Below are positions 20,372 through 31,346 of a DNA stretch of 64,000 bases, piece after piece. The first letter of the stretch is position 1; each line of letters opens with the position of its first letter. This stretch comes from Gammaproteobacteria bacterium (lineage in GTDB: Bacteria; Pseudomonadota; Gammaproteobacteria; G965277405): contig OZ255726.1 in the NCBI GenBank assembly GCA_965277405.1, positions 544,001 to 608,000 of the forward strand, given 5' to 3'. A model generated the notes under the pieces. The model did not search any database, was not told where the DNA came from, and saw only the letters and a list, made by a program, of their open reading frames with translations. The position numbers were made by a program, and so were the translations under genes.

Positions 20372-20657
20372 GGAAGCTCTGATAAAGTCCATGACGGGCG
20401 AGACGGAGAAAAAACGCTGATGATAACTAGACGCAGTGCGCAGATAATACTGGTGGTATTATCAAGTGCTGCAACGACGTTAGCGCAGCGTTTTTTCCCG
20501 TCCTTCTATTGAATATATGATGGTTTGCCTACAAGCGGTACTTGCTGTGTTGCATCCCTTGGCGTATATGCTACGGCATGCGCTTAGCGGTTTGCGCCTT
20601 GCAATCATCAGCAATTGCAGGCAAACTCGCTCCATCAGCTACTTAATCAGAGCTTCC
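20372..20657. mobile_element. IS5-family MITE (286 bp)
   Basis: ggaagctctgataaagt...acttaatcagagcttcc; flanks TTAG/TAAG; opposite orientation to the 34582 copy. Confidence 0.92.
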
Positions 20658-20862
20658 TAAGGCGTCTGGGTATGCAACAACAGCGAACCAGTTGATTGTT
20701 TTGTTGTTCGACTCTATTAGATGTTTTATACTACGGTTATATGCGTTATGATAATAATGCATGTTGCTAACAAACAGTATTGTTGATTGCTTACTAAATT
20801 AAAACCATCAGCATGTAGAGATAGAACAATGAATGTATATTTACTGACTAATTAAACAGATT

Positions 20863-21183
20863 ATGTCCTCAGAACGACCAAATAATCGCGAGCAGAATCA
20901 ACAAGATATCAGCGCTCAATCTCCTAAATTCTATCAAGTTATTTTGCTAAATGATGACTTCACCCCCATGGCTTTCGTGGTGCAGTTACTCTGTGAAGTC
21001 TTTCATATGTCAGAAGATAGAGCGCATTCATTGATGTGGAATATCCATAACGATGGCAGAGGTGTATGTGGTATTTATACCCGAGAGGTAGCAGAAACCT
21101 ATGTGACGTTATCTAACCGTGCGGCAACAAAAAATGGTCATCCACTGTTGACACAAATGGAGCCAATAGACGAAGATGTTTAA
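20863..21183 (+). CDS. clpS: ClpAP adaptor ClpS
   Basis: YQVILLNDDFTPMAFVV, GVCGIYTREVAE. Confidence 0.95.
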   Translation: MSSERPNNREQNQQDISAQSPKFYQVILLNDDFTPMAFVVQLLCEVFHMSEDRAHSLMWNIHNDGRGVCGIYTREVAETYVTLSNRAATKNGHPLLTQMEPIDEDV

Positions 21184-23479
21184 CGGTGATTTTGAGCGGA
21201 CACTCAACAAAGCATTTGAATATGCCCATAAAAGCCGGCATGTATTTGTCACTGTAGAGCATTTACTTATTGCGTTATTGGGTAATCCAGATGCGCGTGA
21301 AGTCCTTGAAGTGCTTGGTGTCGAAATAGACACATTGCGTGAAGAACTCGCTAAACTCATAGAGCAAACCCCAACATTAGCAGATGATAGTGGCGGCAAA
21401 TCCATGCCAACGGTTGCGTTTCAGCGCGTTGTGCAACGATCGATTTATCAAGTGCAGGCGGCAGAGCGACGCAATAACCCAAGCACAGTGAAAGGTGGCA
21501 ATGTACTCGTTGCGATTTTTAGTGAACAAGAGTCAAACGCGGTATATTTGTTGCAGTCATTTGGGGTTAGCCGCAGTCAAATAGAAGATTTTCTTGCTCA
21601 TGGAATAACCAATTTAGAGGAACGGTTATCGAAACAAAACGACGAAAACGACGATGATGATGGCGACTCTGTTTCACAAATATTTGCCACTAGTAGCCAA
21701 GAAAGACGCCACTCAACGCTTGAGCAATATACAGTGCATTATAACGAAATAGCGAAAAAGAACGGGTTTGACCCAATGATTGGCCGCAATTGTGAACTTG
21801 ATCGAGTGTTGCAGGTATTATTACGCCGCAGAAAGAATAACCCTATTTTGGTTGGCGATGCAGGTGTTGGTAAAACAGCCATTATAGAAGGTCTTGCCCA
21901 ACGGATTGTAGCTGGGAAAGTGCCTAAGTTATTACAAGAAACAGAGATTTTTTCTCTTGATGTCAGTGGATTGATTGCGGGAACTAAATATCGTGGCGAC
22001 TTTGAAATACGCTTAAAAAAAATTATCAAAGAATTGAATGAGTATAAATATTCAATTTTGTTTATCGATGAAATTCATATCATTGTTGGTGCTGGGTCTA
22101 CATCTGGTAGCAGTATCGACATGTCGAATATGATAAAGCCGCTATTATCTTCAGGAAAAATTCGTTGTGTTGGATCGACGACATTTAATGAGTACCGTAG
22201 TATTTTTTCACGTGATCATGCATTATCAAGAAGATTTCAAAAAATTGATGTCGTAGAGCCAACACCAGACGAAGCCATCAAGATATTGCGCGGGATAAAA
22301 TCGCAATTTGAAGAGCATCATCAGGTGCGTTTTAGCGACAGTGCGTTAGTGAGTGCGGTGACATTGTCTGTGCGCTATATCAATGATCGGCTGTTGCCCG
22401 ATAAAGCGATTGACATAATAGATGAAGCAGGCGCTGCGCAGCAAATGCTACCAGCGTCAAAACGTAAAAAACTGCTATCAACAAAAGATATTGCACAAGT
22501 TGTTACTAGTATTACCAATATTCCAGTTGAAAATATTCAACACGATAATGACGCGAAAATTGCCCATCTACACCGTAATTTGCAAATGTTAGTGTATGGT
22601 CAAAATCCAGCAATTCAAGTGCTATGCAACTCGATAAAAATTTCCCGTGCAGGGCTTGGACAGCCGAAAAAACCAACAGGCTCGTTTTTATTTGCTGGAC
22701 CAACAGGTGTCGGTAAAACAGAAGTCACACGGCAGTTGGCAGAATTGCTTGGCGTTAAATTGCTGCGTTTTGATATGACTGAATATATGGAAAAACACAG
22801 CGTATCACGTTTGGTTGGTGCACCACCTGGGTATGTAGGGTATGAACAAGGTGGCTTGTTGACTGATCAAGTGCACAAAAACCCATATGCTGTATTGCTA
22901 TTTGATGAAATAGAAAAGGCCCATCCAGACGTGTACAGCATTCTCCTGCAAGTAATGGACTATGGAAAACTCACTGATAGCAATGGACGAACTTCAGATT
23001 TCACCAACTTGATTATTGTGCTAACGACCAATACTGGCTCACATCAAATTAGCAAAAACGCTATGGGATTTGGAGAGAATAAAAGTGATAGCGATGTCTT
23101 GAATGAAATCAACAGTACTTTTACTCCAGAGTTTCGTAACCGCTTAGACTCAGTTGTCGTCTTCCAACCATTATCGCAGGACATCATTTTAAATGTAGTC
23201 GATAAATTTGTTGGCCAATTACAAGTGCAATTACAAAAACGCAAAGTTGAGTTACGCTTAACCCCAGCAGCAAAACAATGGCTTGCCGACCATGGCTATG
23301 ATAAAAAAATGGGTGCGCGCCCTATGGCAAGATTGATTCATGAAAAAATCAAACGACCTCTCGCTGATGATATTTTATTTGGTTCTTTAAAGAGCGGCGG
23401 AAAAGTGCGTGTTAGCGCCAATAAAGATGGCTTGAAATTAACCATCACCTCGCAACAATCGATTATACAAAAGTCATAG
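21176..23479 (+). CDS. clpA: ATP-dependent Clp protease ATP-binding subunit ClpA
   Basis: Two AAA+ modules (GDAGVGKT, GPTGVGKT), no ClpB middle domain, follows clpS. Confidence 0.95.
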   Translation: MFNGDFERTLNKAFEYAHKSRHVFVTVEHLLIALLGNPDAREVLEVLGVEIDTLREELAKLIEQTPTLADDSGGKSMPTVAFQRVVQRSIYQVQAAERRNNPSTVKGGNVLVAIFSEQESNAVYLLQSFGVSRSQIEDFLAHGITNLEERLSKQNDENDDDDGDSVSQIFATSSQERRHSTLEQYTVHYNEIAKKNGFDPMIGRNCELDRVLQVLLRRRKNNPILVGDAGVGKTAIIEGLAQRIVAGKVPKLLQETEIFSLDVSGLIAGTKYRGDFEIRLKKIIKELNEYKYSILFIDEIHIIVGAGSTSGSSIDMSNMIKPLLSSGKIRCVGSTTFNEYRSIFSRDHALSRRFQKIDVVEPTPDEAIKILRGIKSQFEEHHQVRFSDSALVSAVTLSVRYINDRLLPDKAIDIIDEAGAAQQMLPASKRKKLLSTKDIAQVVTSITNIPVENIQHDNDAKIAHLHRNLQMLVYGQNPAIQVLCNSIKISRAGLGQPKKPTGSFLFAGPTGVGKTEVTRQLAELLGVKLLRFDMTEYMEKHSVSRLVGAPPGYVGYEQGGLLTDQVHKNPYAVLLFDEIEKAHPDVYSILLQVMDYGKLTDSNGRTSDFTNLIIVLTTNTGSHQISKNAMGFGENKSDSDVLNEINSTFTPEFRNRLDSVVVFQPLSQDIILNVVDKFVGQLQVQLQKRKVELRLTPAAKQWLADHGYDKKMGARPMARLIHEKIKRPLADDILFGSLKSGGKVRVSANKDGLKLTITSQQSIIQKS

Positions 23480-23517
23480 GCAGACCACAAAGCTGATATT
23501 GTATGGTGTTGCGCTAA

Positions 23518-23733
23518 GGAAGCTCTGATTAAGTCGCTGATGGAGCGAGTTTGATGGTAATTGCTGATGATTGCAAGGCGCAAACCGCAGGCGCATGACC
23601 TAGCTATACGCCAAGGATGCAACACAGAAAGAGTAAGCAATTGCCGCAAACCAAAAGTATATTCAACTAGAGGGACGGGAAAAAACGCTGCGCTAACGTC
23701 GTTGCAGGACTTGATACAACCAACAAAAATCAC
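23518..23733. mobile_element. Truncated IS5-family MITE (left TIR only)
   Basis: CTAA then ggaagctctgattaagtcgctgatggagcg...; similarity ends near 23733. Confidence 0.85.
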
Positions 23734-23844
23734 ATAAAAACAACAACTGTCCAGTTTTCATCACCTCCCTACATCTAGGGTTTTGGTCACTATGTGCCAC
23801 TTTGCACCGTGGCGTCACTCACTTATACAAGCCACTTGGCAACA

Positions 23845-24636
23845 TTACAACGTATAGTTAATCAGTAAGTTGCGGAAGTAGATATCAAAGGTGCGTCTAT
23901 CGCTTGGCACTTTATAGCGTTTTACTTTTTTTACCGCAATCAATGCCGAGCGGTCAAATGGGTCGTTACCGCTTGAACGTTCCACTGTAGCTTGTAATAA
24001 ATTCCCTTCATGGTCTAGTTTTAGTCGAATCAACACTTCCAAACTCGCTATATCTTGCAACTGGACATTCAATGGTTTGCGCCAATTCTGTTCAATTTGC
24101 TTTTGAATGCGCTTTTGAAAAACACGTGCGAGTTTCTCTTCTCGTGGTGTTGGTTCGCCAGTTAGCGTTGTTGTTACCTGTGTTGTTAACAAGTTATTTT
24201 GCGACTCTGGCTTTGTAACCAATTTTTTGATAGGAATTGTTGGTTTTTTCTTAATTTTTTTGACAGTTGTGGTTTTTACTTCTGTAGCTATGACATCTTT
24301 TTTCTTTTTTGCTTTGGCTATTGGTTTTTTTTTCAATGGCACTACTTGCTTTTTAACAATCTTGATATTCTTAATTTTTTTTTTAGTTTTTTTAGGTTTA
24401 TCTGCAACTTTTTTTGCTCTGATTGGCGCCTCAACAAGCAACTTAGCGCGCACAGGCTCAATCGGTTTATATTGCAAATCTACCAACATTGTTGAGAGTG
24501 ACCGTGGCGATTGCGCTGTGTCTATCAGGCTAATATTGTCATCTTTAAGATACCACAAGCCGTAAACAACGAGCGCATGGACGGCTATCGCCAGACAGCC
24601 AGAAAACGCATACGTTAATTTGCTATTCAGACGCAT
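23845..24636 (-). CDS. tolA: TolA / TonB-family periplasmic energy transducer
   Basis: TM helix with the conserved His (AIAVH), Lys-rich linker, C-domain IEQNW..SSGNDPFDRSALIAV; follows tolQR. Confidence 0.8.
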   Translation of the reverse strand: MRLNSKLTYAFSGCLAIAVHALVVYGLWYLKDDNISLIDTAQSPRSLSTMLVDLQYKPIEPVRAKLLVEAPIRAKKVADKPKKTKKKIKNIKIVKKQVVPLKKKPIAKAKKKKDVIATEVKTTTVKKIKKKPTIPIKKLVTKPESQNNLLTTQVTTTLTGEPTPREEKLARVFQKRIQKQIEQNWRKPLNVQLQDIASLEVLIRLKLDHEGNLLQATVERSSGNDPFDRSALIAVKKVKRYKVPSDRRTFDIYFRNLLINYTL

Positions 24637-24645
24637 GATTTGTTG

Positions 24646-25080
24646 CTATGGCGTTGCCTCTGGTGCTGCGGTGATCAGGCCAATATTTGGCACGCCTATT
24701 GCCTGCAAAGCAGCCATCAACGTCACAACTTGCCCATACAGAACGCTGGCATCGCCTTTCACATACACTCCAGTTTGCTCATTCTTTTTTAATTGTGTGG
24801 CAACTTGTTGTTGCACTGTATGTATTGGCAATGCAGCTGATGTTAGCCCATTTAGTGAAAAATAATATTGTCCCTGTTTATCAATTGAAACCACAATGCG
24901 TTCTTCATTGGTATCTGTTTCAACTATATCGCCGCCAGCTTTTGGCAGGTCGACATATATCCCTTCTGTGAGCAACGGTGCGGTTGCCATAAAAACAACT
25001 AATAACACTAACATTACATCAATATATGGCACAACATTAATTGCTGATACTAATGGCAGTTTTGCGCGTTTTCTACTCAT
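24646..25080 (-). CDS. tolR: TolR
   Basis: INVVPYIDVMLVLLVVFMATAP, KGDASVLYG. Confidence 0.92.
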   Translation of the reverse strand: MSRKRAKLPLVSAINVVPYIDVMLVLLVVFMATAPLLTEGIYVDLPKAGGDIVETDTNEERIVVSIDKQGQYYFSLNGLTSAALPIHTVQQQVATQLKKNEQTGVYVKGDASVLYGQVVTLMAALQAIGVPNIGLITAAPEATP

Positions 25081-25093
25081 GTTACGCTACCTG

Positions 25094-25783
25094 CTAGCCT
25101 GTTTTTTGCTGCGCAAATACGCGTCTGTGTAAGATACTTGAAAACTCATCAGCAACTGCTTCGTATTGTGATAACAGTCTATCGCTGCGCGCACTAAATG
25201 AGTTAAATGCGAGAGTTGCAGGAATAGCTGCAAACAAGCCAATTGCCGTCGCAATTAGTGCTTCTGCAATCCCTGGGGCTACGATATTAATTGTTGCCGC
25301 CTGTGTTGCATTCGCAAGGGCAAGAAATGAACTCATAATCCCCCATACGGTACCGAACAAACCAATATATGGGCTGATTGAACCGACAGAGGCGAGAAAA
25401 GGCAGGTGGGAACCAAGGGCATCTTGTTCGCGGAGGATTGCCACATCCATGACGCGCTTTACCCCTTGCAGCACTGCTTCACCATGCAGATTTTGTTGCC
25501 GCAAGCGTAAATACTCTTTATAGCCGTCGACAAACACATTTTCGACGCCAGTGTCTTCACCTTGATAATCGCGAATTTCTTGAAAATAAATATTCAAATC
25601 CATCCCAGACCAAAAATGCTCTTCAAAGCTTTTCAATATTTTTTTAGCATGCTGGATCACAATATACCTTTGAAAAATTATTAACCAAGACGCAACAGAA
25701 GCCAATACCAGCACGCCGATTACTATTTGCACAACAAGTGATGCGTTAATAATCAGTTGATAAATATTAATATTCTCTTTCAT
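25094..25783 (-). CDS. tolQ: TolQ
   Basis: FEEHFWSG, SPYIGLFGTVWGIM, VAPGIAEALIATAIGLFAAIPA. Confidence 0.95.
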   Translation of the reverse strand: MKENINIYQLIINASLVVQIVIGVLVLASVASWLIIFQRYIVIQHAKKILKSFEEHFWSGMDLNIYFQEIRDYQGEDTGVENVFVDGYKEYLRLRQQNLHGEAVLQGVKRVMDVAILREQDALGSHLPFLASVGSISPYIGLFGTVWGIMSSFLALANATQAATINIVAPGIAEALIATAIGLFAAIPATLAFNSFSARSDRLLSQYEAVADEFSSILHRRVFAQQKTG

Positions 25784-25862
25784 TGATACCTCTAAATCTA
25801 AAAATTTATCGTTGGCGGATAATGTAAATCAACAATGAACACTGCGCCGCTGTTGGACTTAT

Positions 25863-26159
25863 GTAACCTCTGATTAACTCGCTGCTGGAGCGAGTTTGCC
25901 TGCAATTGCTGATGATTGCAAGGCGCATTCCGCAGGCGCATGCGTTGCATATACGCCAAGGGATGCAACACAGCAAGCGCAGCAATTGCCGCAAACCTTC
26001 GTGTATTCTCCAACAGAAGGACGGGAAACAACGCTGCGCTGCGTCGTTGCAACTCTTGGCAATACCCACAAGAGCCACCAGTGTTAGCTGCCCACTGCGC
26101 TTAAGTTTCATCAGCGTTTTTTCTCCGTCCCGCCCAGCATGGCGTTAATCAGAGCTTCC
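25863..26159. mobile_element. IS5-family MITE (297 bp) between ybgC and tolQ, overlapping the ybgC 3' end
   Basis: gtaacctctgattaac...gttaatcagagcttcc; interior homologous to the other copies. Confidence 0.9.
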
Positions 26160-26573
26160 ATATGTATTGTCCCCTAGCGACATGATTTTGTCGTGCATTG
26201 TTTGCGGAATGGCTCGAATTGTATGATGTACTGCATCGACACATACCAGTTGAATTACACTATCGCATAATAATTGTTGTTGTCTATGCACAGTTTGACG
26301 GAATGATACAGAGGCGTTCTTACACGTTATCAGCGAGGTAGCAAGGGTAATAATATCATCAAGATGTGCTGGAGATTGATAACTGACATCGATATGCTTC
26401 ACGACAAAAACACGTTGGAAATCTGAGACAAAGACTTTATTGTATCCCAATTCACGGAATAATTCCGTACGTGCTCGTTCATAGAATTTCAGATAATTGG
26501 CATAATACACAATGCCATACGCGTCTGTATCTTCTATATAAACACGAAAATCTATGCGGTGTTGTTTATTCAA
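26145..26573 (-). CDS. ybgC: Tol-pal-associated acyl-CoA thioesterase
   Basis: RVYIEDTDAYGIVYYANYLKFYERARTE; upstream of tolQ. Confidence 0.9.
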   Translation of the reverse strand: MNKQHRIDFRVYIEDTDAYGIVYYANYLKFYERARTELFRELGYNKVFVSDFQRVFVVKHIDVSYQSPAHLDDIITLATSLITCKNASVSFRQTVHRQQQLLCDSVIQLVCVDAVHHTIRAIPQTMHDKIMSLGDNTYGSSD

Positions 26574-28983
26574 TCGTTTGTTGTACTTCCACTTCTATAT
26601 ATGTTTCTATGCGGTCTCCCACCTGAACATTATTATAGTTTTTCACGCCAATCCCACATTCGGTGCCGACGCGCACTTCATTTACATCATCTTTAACACG
26701 TCGCAATGACTCAAGGTCACCTGCAAAAATCACCACATTGTCACGAACAACACGCATTTTTGCGTTGCGTTTAACTGTGCCTTCTGTGACGATACACCCT
26801 GCAATCTGACCGAGTTTACGCGAGCCAAACACTTCTTTCACTGCTGCTGTCCCAGTAATATCCTCACGCAGCGTTGGGTCAAGCAGACCACTCATGGCTT
26901 GTTTTACGTCATTGATCAAGTCATAAATAACATTGTAATAGCGAATCTCAATCCCTTCACGTTCTGCATATTGCTTTGCCGAGTTTTCTGCACGGGTATT
27001 AAAGCCAAGCACAATTGCGTTGGTTGTATGCGCAATAGTAACATCAGACTCGTTAATACCGCCCACGCCTAATTGGATGATTGTCAATTTAATTTTATCA
27101 CTGGGGATTTCAGCTAATGCCCCATTGATCGCCTCTGCAGAGCCTTGTACGTCAGTTTTAATCACTAAGTTAAATGCTTTTATCGCACCGCTTTGCAGTT
27201 GATCAAACATAGTGTCTAAACTGAATGCTTTTTGGCTTGCCGAGTATCGTTGCTGCTTACGGTCATCAAGCCGAGTTGCTGCTATTTCGCGTGCTGATTT
27301 TTCGTTTTTTACAACTAGTAATGTATCCCCTGCTTTAGGAACAGATGATATTCCAGTGATTTCAATTGGAGCAGACGGGCCAGCTTGTTGAATTTGTTGC
27401 CGCTGGTCATTATGCATTGAGCGCACTCTACCTGTCTCAGTGCCGAGCAGAAACATGTTGCCTATTGCTAAGGTGCCGCTTTTAATCAATATAGTTGCGA
27501 CAGCACCGCGGCCTTTATCTAAATGCGCTTCAAGCACCGTCGCCTGCGCATAACCATCATTAGGCGCTGTAAGCTCGAGCAGTTCTCCTTGCAGTGCTAC
27601 CGCATCAAGCAAGGCGTCAACATGTGTTCCTTTCAATGCTGATATTTCGACAAACTGGGTATCGCCACCCCATGCTTCTGGATTTACACCAAGCGACGCC
27701 ATTTCATGCATAATCCGCGCTGGATCAGCGTTCTGATGGTCTATTTTATTCACTGCAACCACTAAAGGAACGCCTGCTGCATTGGCGTGAGCAATTGCTT
27801 CTTCCGTTTGTGGCATAACTTTATCATCAGCAGCAATAACTAAAATGACGATATCTGTAACTTGGGCTCCGCGTGCACGCATTGCAGAAAAAGCCGCATG
27901 TCCTGGAGTATCTAGAAAAGTCACCGTACCGTGTTTCGTTGCAACGCTATATGCGCCGATGTGCTGGGTTATCCCTCCAGACTCACCATCTACAACCTTG
28001 GTGTTCCTAATGTAATCGAGTAGAGTTGTTTTGCCATGATCAACATGCCCCATAACCGTTACAACTGCAGGGCGTGGCTTAACAGTTTTTTCGTCATTCG
28101 TGATTTCAAGCCGTTCTTCTATTGCAACGTGTTTTTTGGCTACAACTTCATAGCCAAATTCACCAGCAACAAGCATTGCAGTGTCAGTATCAATTGTTGT
28201 ATTCACAGTAGTCATTACGCCTAAGCGCATCAATTTACCAATCAATTCCTCTGATTTTACCGACATTTCTTGAGAAAATTCAGCAATAGTGATTTCGCCA
28301 TCAATTTCAAATATTGCTTTTTTTCCTGTTGCTTTGCGATTGAATACTTGCTTGAGAAAACTTGATTTCAATGGTTTGGCAGCTATTTTATGGTTGGAGG
28401 CATTTGCTTTACGCAAATGGGCAAAACGGTCATTAATTTTTACCTCATTTTCTTCTAATGTTTTAGAGACAACATTTTTGTTGATTTTTACTACTTCTCC
28501 CGTGATTTCTTTTTTCGTATCACGCGCAGACCTCGTGCCTGTCACCACTACTTTTTTTTCTTTAATAGGCGATTTGGCTGCAGAGTTTATAGTTGATATC
28601 GGCTGCTTGCTTCCCTTAGTTTTCGGTGATATTGATTGCGCGGGTTGCGGTGATTTTGATTCCGCAGGGGTTTGCAGCTTTACAGCTGTTGGTTGTATTG
28701 CAGACAGCTTGGTTTTTTCTTTTTCTAACAGCTGTTTTTCCTCTACTGCTGTCTGCGCAAGTGCTGATTGTTGCAGTACCTGCTCAGATTTTCTACGCTG
28801 GTTTTCTGCTAATACAGTTGTTCGATTATCTAACTCCTGCTTGAGTTCATCATGCGACTTCGTTTGTATAGCACGTGTTTTTTTGCGTACAATTGCTGTC
28901 CCAGCAGGCTGGGCTGTACGCATTGTTAGAGTGCCGCCACTATGCAGGGATGGTTTAGTCTTCTCTTTTTTATCAACTGCCAT
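26566..28983 (-). CDS. infB: Translation initiation factor IF-2
   Basis: [29 protein letters not shown]; ATG 28983 preceded by gaggtag. Confidence 0.97.
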   Translation of the reverse strand: MAVDKKEKTKPSLHSGGTLTMRTAQPAGTAIVRKKTRAIQTKSHDELKQELDNRTTVLAENQRRKSEQVLQQSALAQTAVEEKQLLEKEKTKLSAIQPTAVKLQTPAESKSPQPAQSISPKTKGSKQPISTINSAAKSPIKEKKVVVTGTRSARDTKKEITGEVVKINKNVVSKTLEENEVKINDRFAHLRKANASNHKIAAKPLKSSFLKQVFNRKATGKKAIFEIDGEITIAEFSQEMSVKSEELIGKLMRLGVMTTVNTTIDTDTAMLVAGEFGYEVVAKKHVAIEERLEITNDEKTVKPRPAVVTVMGHVDHGKTTLLDYIRNTKVVDGESGGITQHIGAYSVATKHGTVTFLDTPGHAAFSAMRARGAQVTDIVILVIAADDKVMPQTEEAIAHANAAGVPLVVAVNKIDHQNADPARIMHEMASLGVNPEAWGGDTQFVEISALKGTHVDALLDAVALQGELLELTAPNDGYAQATVLEAHLDKGRGAVATILIKSGTLAIGNMFLLGTETGRVRSMHNDQRQQIQQAGPSAPIEITGISSVPKAGDTLLVVKNEKSAREIAATRLDDRKQQRYSASQKAFSLDTMFDQLQSGAIKAFNLVIKTDVQGSAEAINGALAEIPSDKIKLTIIQLGVGGINESDVTIAHTTNAIVLGFNTRAENSAKQYAEREGIEIRYYNVIYDLINDVKQAMSGLLDPTLREDITGTAAVKEVFGSRKLGQIAGCIVTEGTVKRNAKMRVVRDNVVIFAGDLESLRRVKDDVNEVRVGTECGIGVKNYNNVQVGDRIETYIEVEVQQTIE

Positions 28984-29027
28984 GACTACCTCAAATAGTA
29001 TAAATTTATTTTGCAATATTTTTTGGC

Positions 29028-30506
29028 TTACGCTTTATCTTCTTCAGCAAACCAAAACGCTCGTGCATCCATAATGAGCGTTGCTGCCTGATCCTTATCA
29101 ATCGCCACTATATCTGTTAATTCATCCGTTGCTAATTCAGCTAAGTCATCACGGGTCACAATACCTTTAGCTACGAGCTTAGCTGCAAGTTCATTCGTCA
29201 TTAACTCCAAATCTAGCAACTCTTGCGCTGGCTGAACAATACTTTGTTGATCTTCCTCATGGTCAAGCAAATACTCTTTGGCGCGATTCTGCAGAGCATC
29301 TGCTAACTCACGGTCAAAACCATCTATGTGCTCAAGTTCTGATATATCCACGTATGCAACTTCTGCAACATTGTTAAAGCCCTCTGCAACCAGAACTTGT
29401 GCCATTCCTTCGTCTATATCCAGCTTATCAACAAATAGTTTAACATGCGTTGATGCCTCTTGCTCATATTTTTTATTTGCATCAGTTTCTGTCATCACGT
29501 TGATTTTCCACCCAAGCAACTCGCTGGTTAAGCGAACATTTAAGCCATTTCGTCCAATCGCTTGCGCTTGATTTTCTTGGCTAACCGCAACATCAATTGT
29601 GTGTACATCTTCATCAATAACAACAGATAGCACGGTGATGGGCGCGAGAATATTGATGACTAATTGAGCCGGGTCATCGCTCCATTCAACCACATCAATT
29701 TTTTCTCCATGAACTGCATCAATCACCCGCTGAATCCGCGAGCCCCGCAAACCAATGCAAGCACCAATCGGATCAATGCGCCGATCATTGGTTTTCACAG
29801 CAACTTTTGCACGGATGCCTGCCTCACGAGCCACAGCACGCACTTCAACAACCTGCTCTTCAATTTCAACAATTTCTTGACGGAACAATGCGTTCAACAT
29901 TAACGGATGCGTTCGGCTTAATCGCAACAAATAACCACGAGGTTGCGAACCCACTTCAAATAACACTGCTCGAACACTATCACCAACGCGATACATATCT
30001 CGCGCTAGCATTTGGTCACGTTGCAAAATCCCTTCAAGATTATCTGCAGGGTTAATATCAATCACCAAATAGTCACGTGTTACTTTCTTGACTTGTCCTG
30101 AAAAAATTTCGCCAATGCGTGCCGTATATTCATCTGCTAATTGTTGCCGACTAGCTTCACGAACTTTTTGGACAATAACTTGCTTGGCCGTTTGTACTGC
30201 AATACGCCCGAGCTCTATTTCTTCAACGAGTGTCTGCTGATGGTATTCCTCAGGAATATCATTAAGCGACAAAGGCTCGCCATCCTCTGTATATCGGTGT
30301 TCTGCTGCTACTTTAATTTGGTAGACTTTAAACTCACCTGTTTCATGATCCAAATTAATTACAACAAAATCATCACCAAAACGTTTGCTGTAGCGACGCT
30401 GCACCGCACTTTGCAGTGCATCTTCCAGTGCAGCAAACACCGAACCTGCGGCAATGTTTTTTTCATTCGCTAATGTCTCAATACCTGAAATGAAGTCTTT
30501 ATTCAT
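29028..30506 (-). CDS. nusA: Transcription termination factor NusA
   Basis: GRIAVQTAKQVI, S1/KH domains, DPIGACIGLRGSRI, two acidic C-terminal repeats. Confidence 0.96.
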   Translation of the reverse strand: MNKDFISGIETLANEKNIAAGSVFAALEDALQSAVQRRYSKRFGDDFVVINLDHETGEFKVYQIKVAAEHRYTEDGEPLSLNDIPEEYHQQTLVEEIELGRIAVQTAKQVIVQKVREASRQQLADEYTARIGEIFSGQVKKVTRDYLVIDINPADNLEGILQRDQMLARDMYRVGDSVRAVLFEVGSQPRGYLLRLSRTHPLMLNALFRQEIVEIEEQVVEVRAVAREAGIRAKVAVKTNDRRIDPIGACIGLRGSRIQRVIDAVHGEKIDVVEWSDDPAQLVINILAPITVLSVVIDEDVHTIDVAVSQENQAQAIGRNGLNVRLTSELLGWKINVMTETDANKKYEQEASTHVKLFVDKLDIDEGMAQVLVAEGFNNVAEVAYVDISELEHIDGFDRELADALQNRAKEYLLDHEEDQQSIVQPAQELLDLELMTNELAAKLVAKGIVTRDDLAELATDELTDIVAIDKDQAATLIMDARAFWFAEEDKA

Positions 30507-30970
30507 TACACAACCTGTTGATGGACGAGATGAGCTGATTCAATTTCACGTATAAATATAGACACTTCTTCCTGTTGTGGCTGTTGAATTATGACACGAC
30601 CTTGCGCATCAACATTCTTTAACGTTCCAGTAACATTGCGCCTTCTGGCCCCAGCACTGCGCACGCGAATTTTACAAATGCAACCTATATAACGGCGGAA
30701 ATGTTCTTCATCGAACAACATTCTGTCTAGACCTGGGGATGAAACTTCTAGAGAATACTCTTTTTCAGCAGGAAGAATCACATCAAGCAAAGGGCTAATT
30801 TGCTGACTAACTGTTGTGCAGTTATCAACTCCAATGCCGCTTTCATGGTCAATAAACACCTGCAAGCAGTCTCCTGAACGATTTTTAGTCCAGCGAAGCC
30901 CCCATAGCACGAAGCCCAGCTCTTCTATAGAAGGCTGTATATGTGCAGCTATTGCGTTACGTGTAATCAT
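30506..30970 (-). CDS. rimP: Ribosome maturation factor RimP
   Basis: LQVFID..GIGVDNC..VS, YSLEVSSPGLDR; start set at MITR (30970). Confidence 0.93.
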   Translation of the reverse strand: MITRNAIAAHIQPSIEELGFVLWGLRWTKNRSGDCLQVFIDHESGIGVDNCTTVSQQISPLLDVILPAEKEYSLEVSSPGLDRMLFDEEHFRRYIGCICKIRVRSAGARRRNVTGTLKNVDAQGRVIIQQPQQEEVSIFIREIESAHLVHQQVV

Positions 30971-30982
30971 ATCTCTATAATT

Positions 30983-31004
30983 AAAAAAACCCCACATGGG
31001 GGCT
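30983..31004 (-). terminator. rimP-leader-like hairpin plus U-tract (possible NusA-autoregulated attenuator)
   Basis: Minus strand AGCCCC-CAUGU-GGGGUUUUUUU, ending 12 nt before the rimP ATG; a terminator-like leader is known at this position in gammaproteobacteria. Confidence 0.55.
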
Positions 31005-31324
31005 CGACGAAAAATCAATATTTAGACAAACATTTTGGTAGATGTCGATATTCCTATCCTGCACTATACTGTTGAAATAACATTATTATTTTTCAGAATC
31101 GCAACGTTTTCAGCAACATGTATCTACCAAAGCGCATGGCACATATCAACAAGATTCCGAGTATAGCGTTTGATTTATCAATAAAGTGAAATCTCATTAA
31201 TGATTAATGATAATTTATCACTTTGTTTTTTGATAAATTTTTTCGATCGTGGCTGCAAGCCGCTGGACTCGGTATTGATGTTCAAAACCACAATACCCCA
31301 AAACAATGGTCATCGTTCACTTCG

Positions 31325-31346
31325 GGAAGCTCTAATCAGGGCCTGC
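31325..31346. mobile_element. Collapsed MITE scar (fused left and right TIR fragments)
   Basis: ggaagctct + aatcagggcctgc; overlaps the murJ stop codon. Confidence 0.55.

Noticed and set aside
28289-29074. 261-aa plus-strand ORF (and the 255-aa minus-strand ORF at 11041-11808)
   Set aside because: Antisense to well-supported infB and oadB, with no recognisable motifs.
31195-31222. Fur box
   Set aside because: tgataa-t-ttatca is 6-1-6 rather than the 7-1-7 Fur core, the region is very AT-rich, and no iron gene is adjacent.
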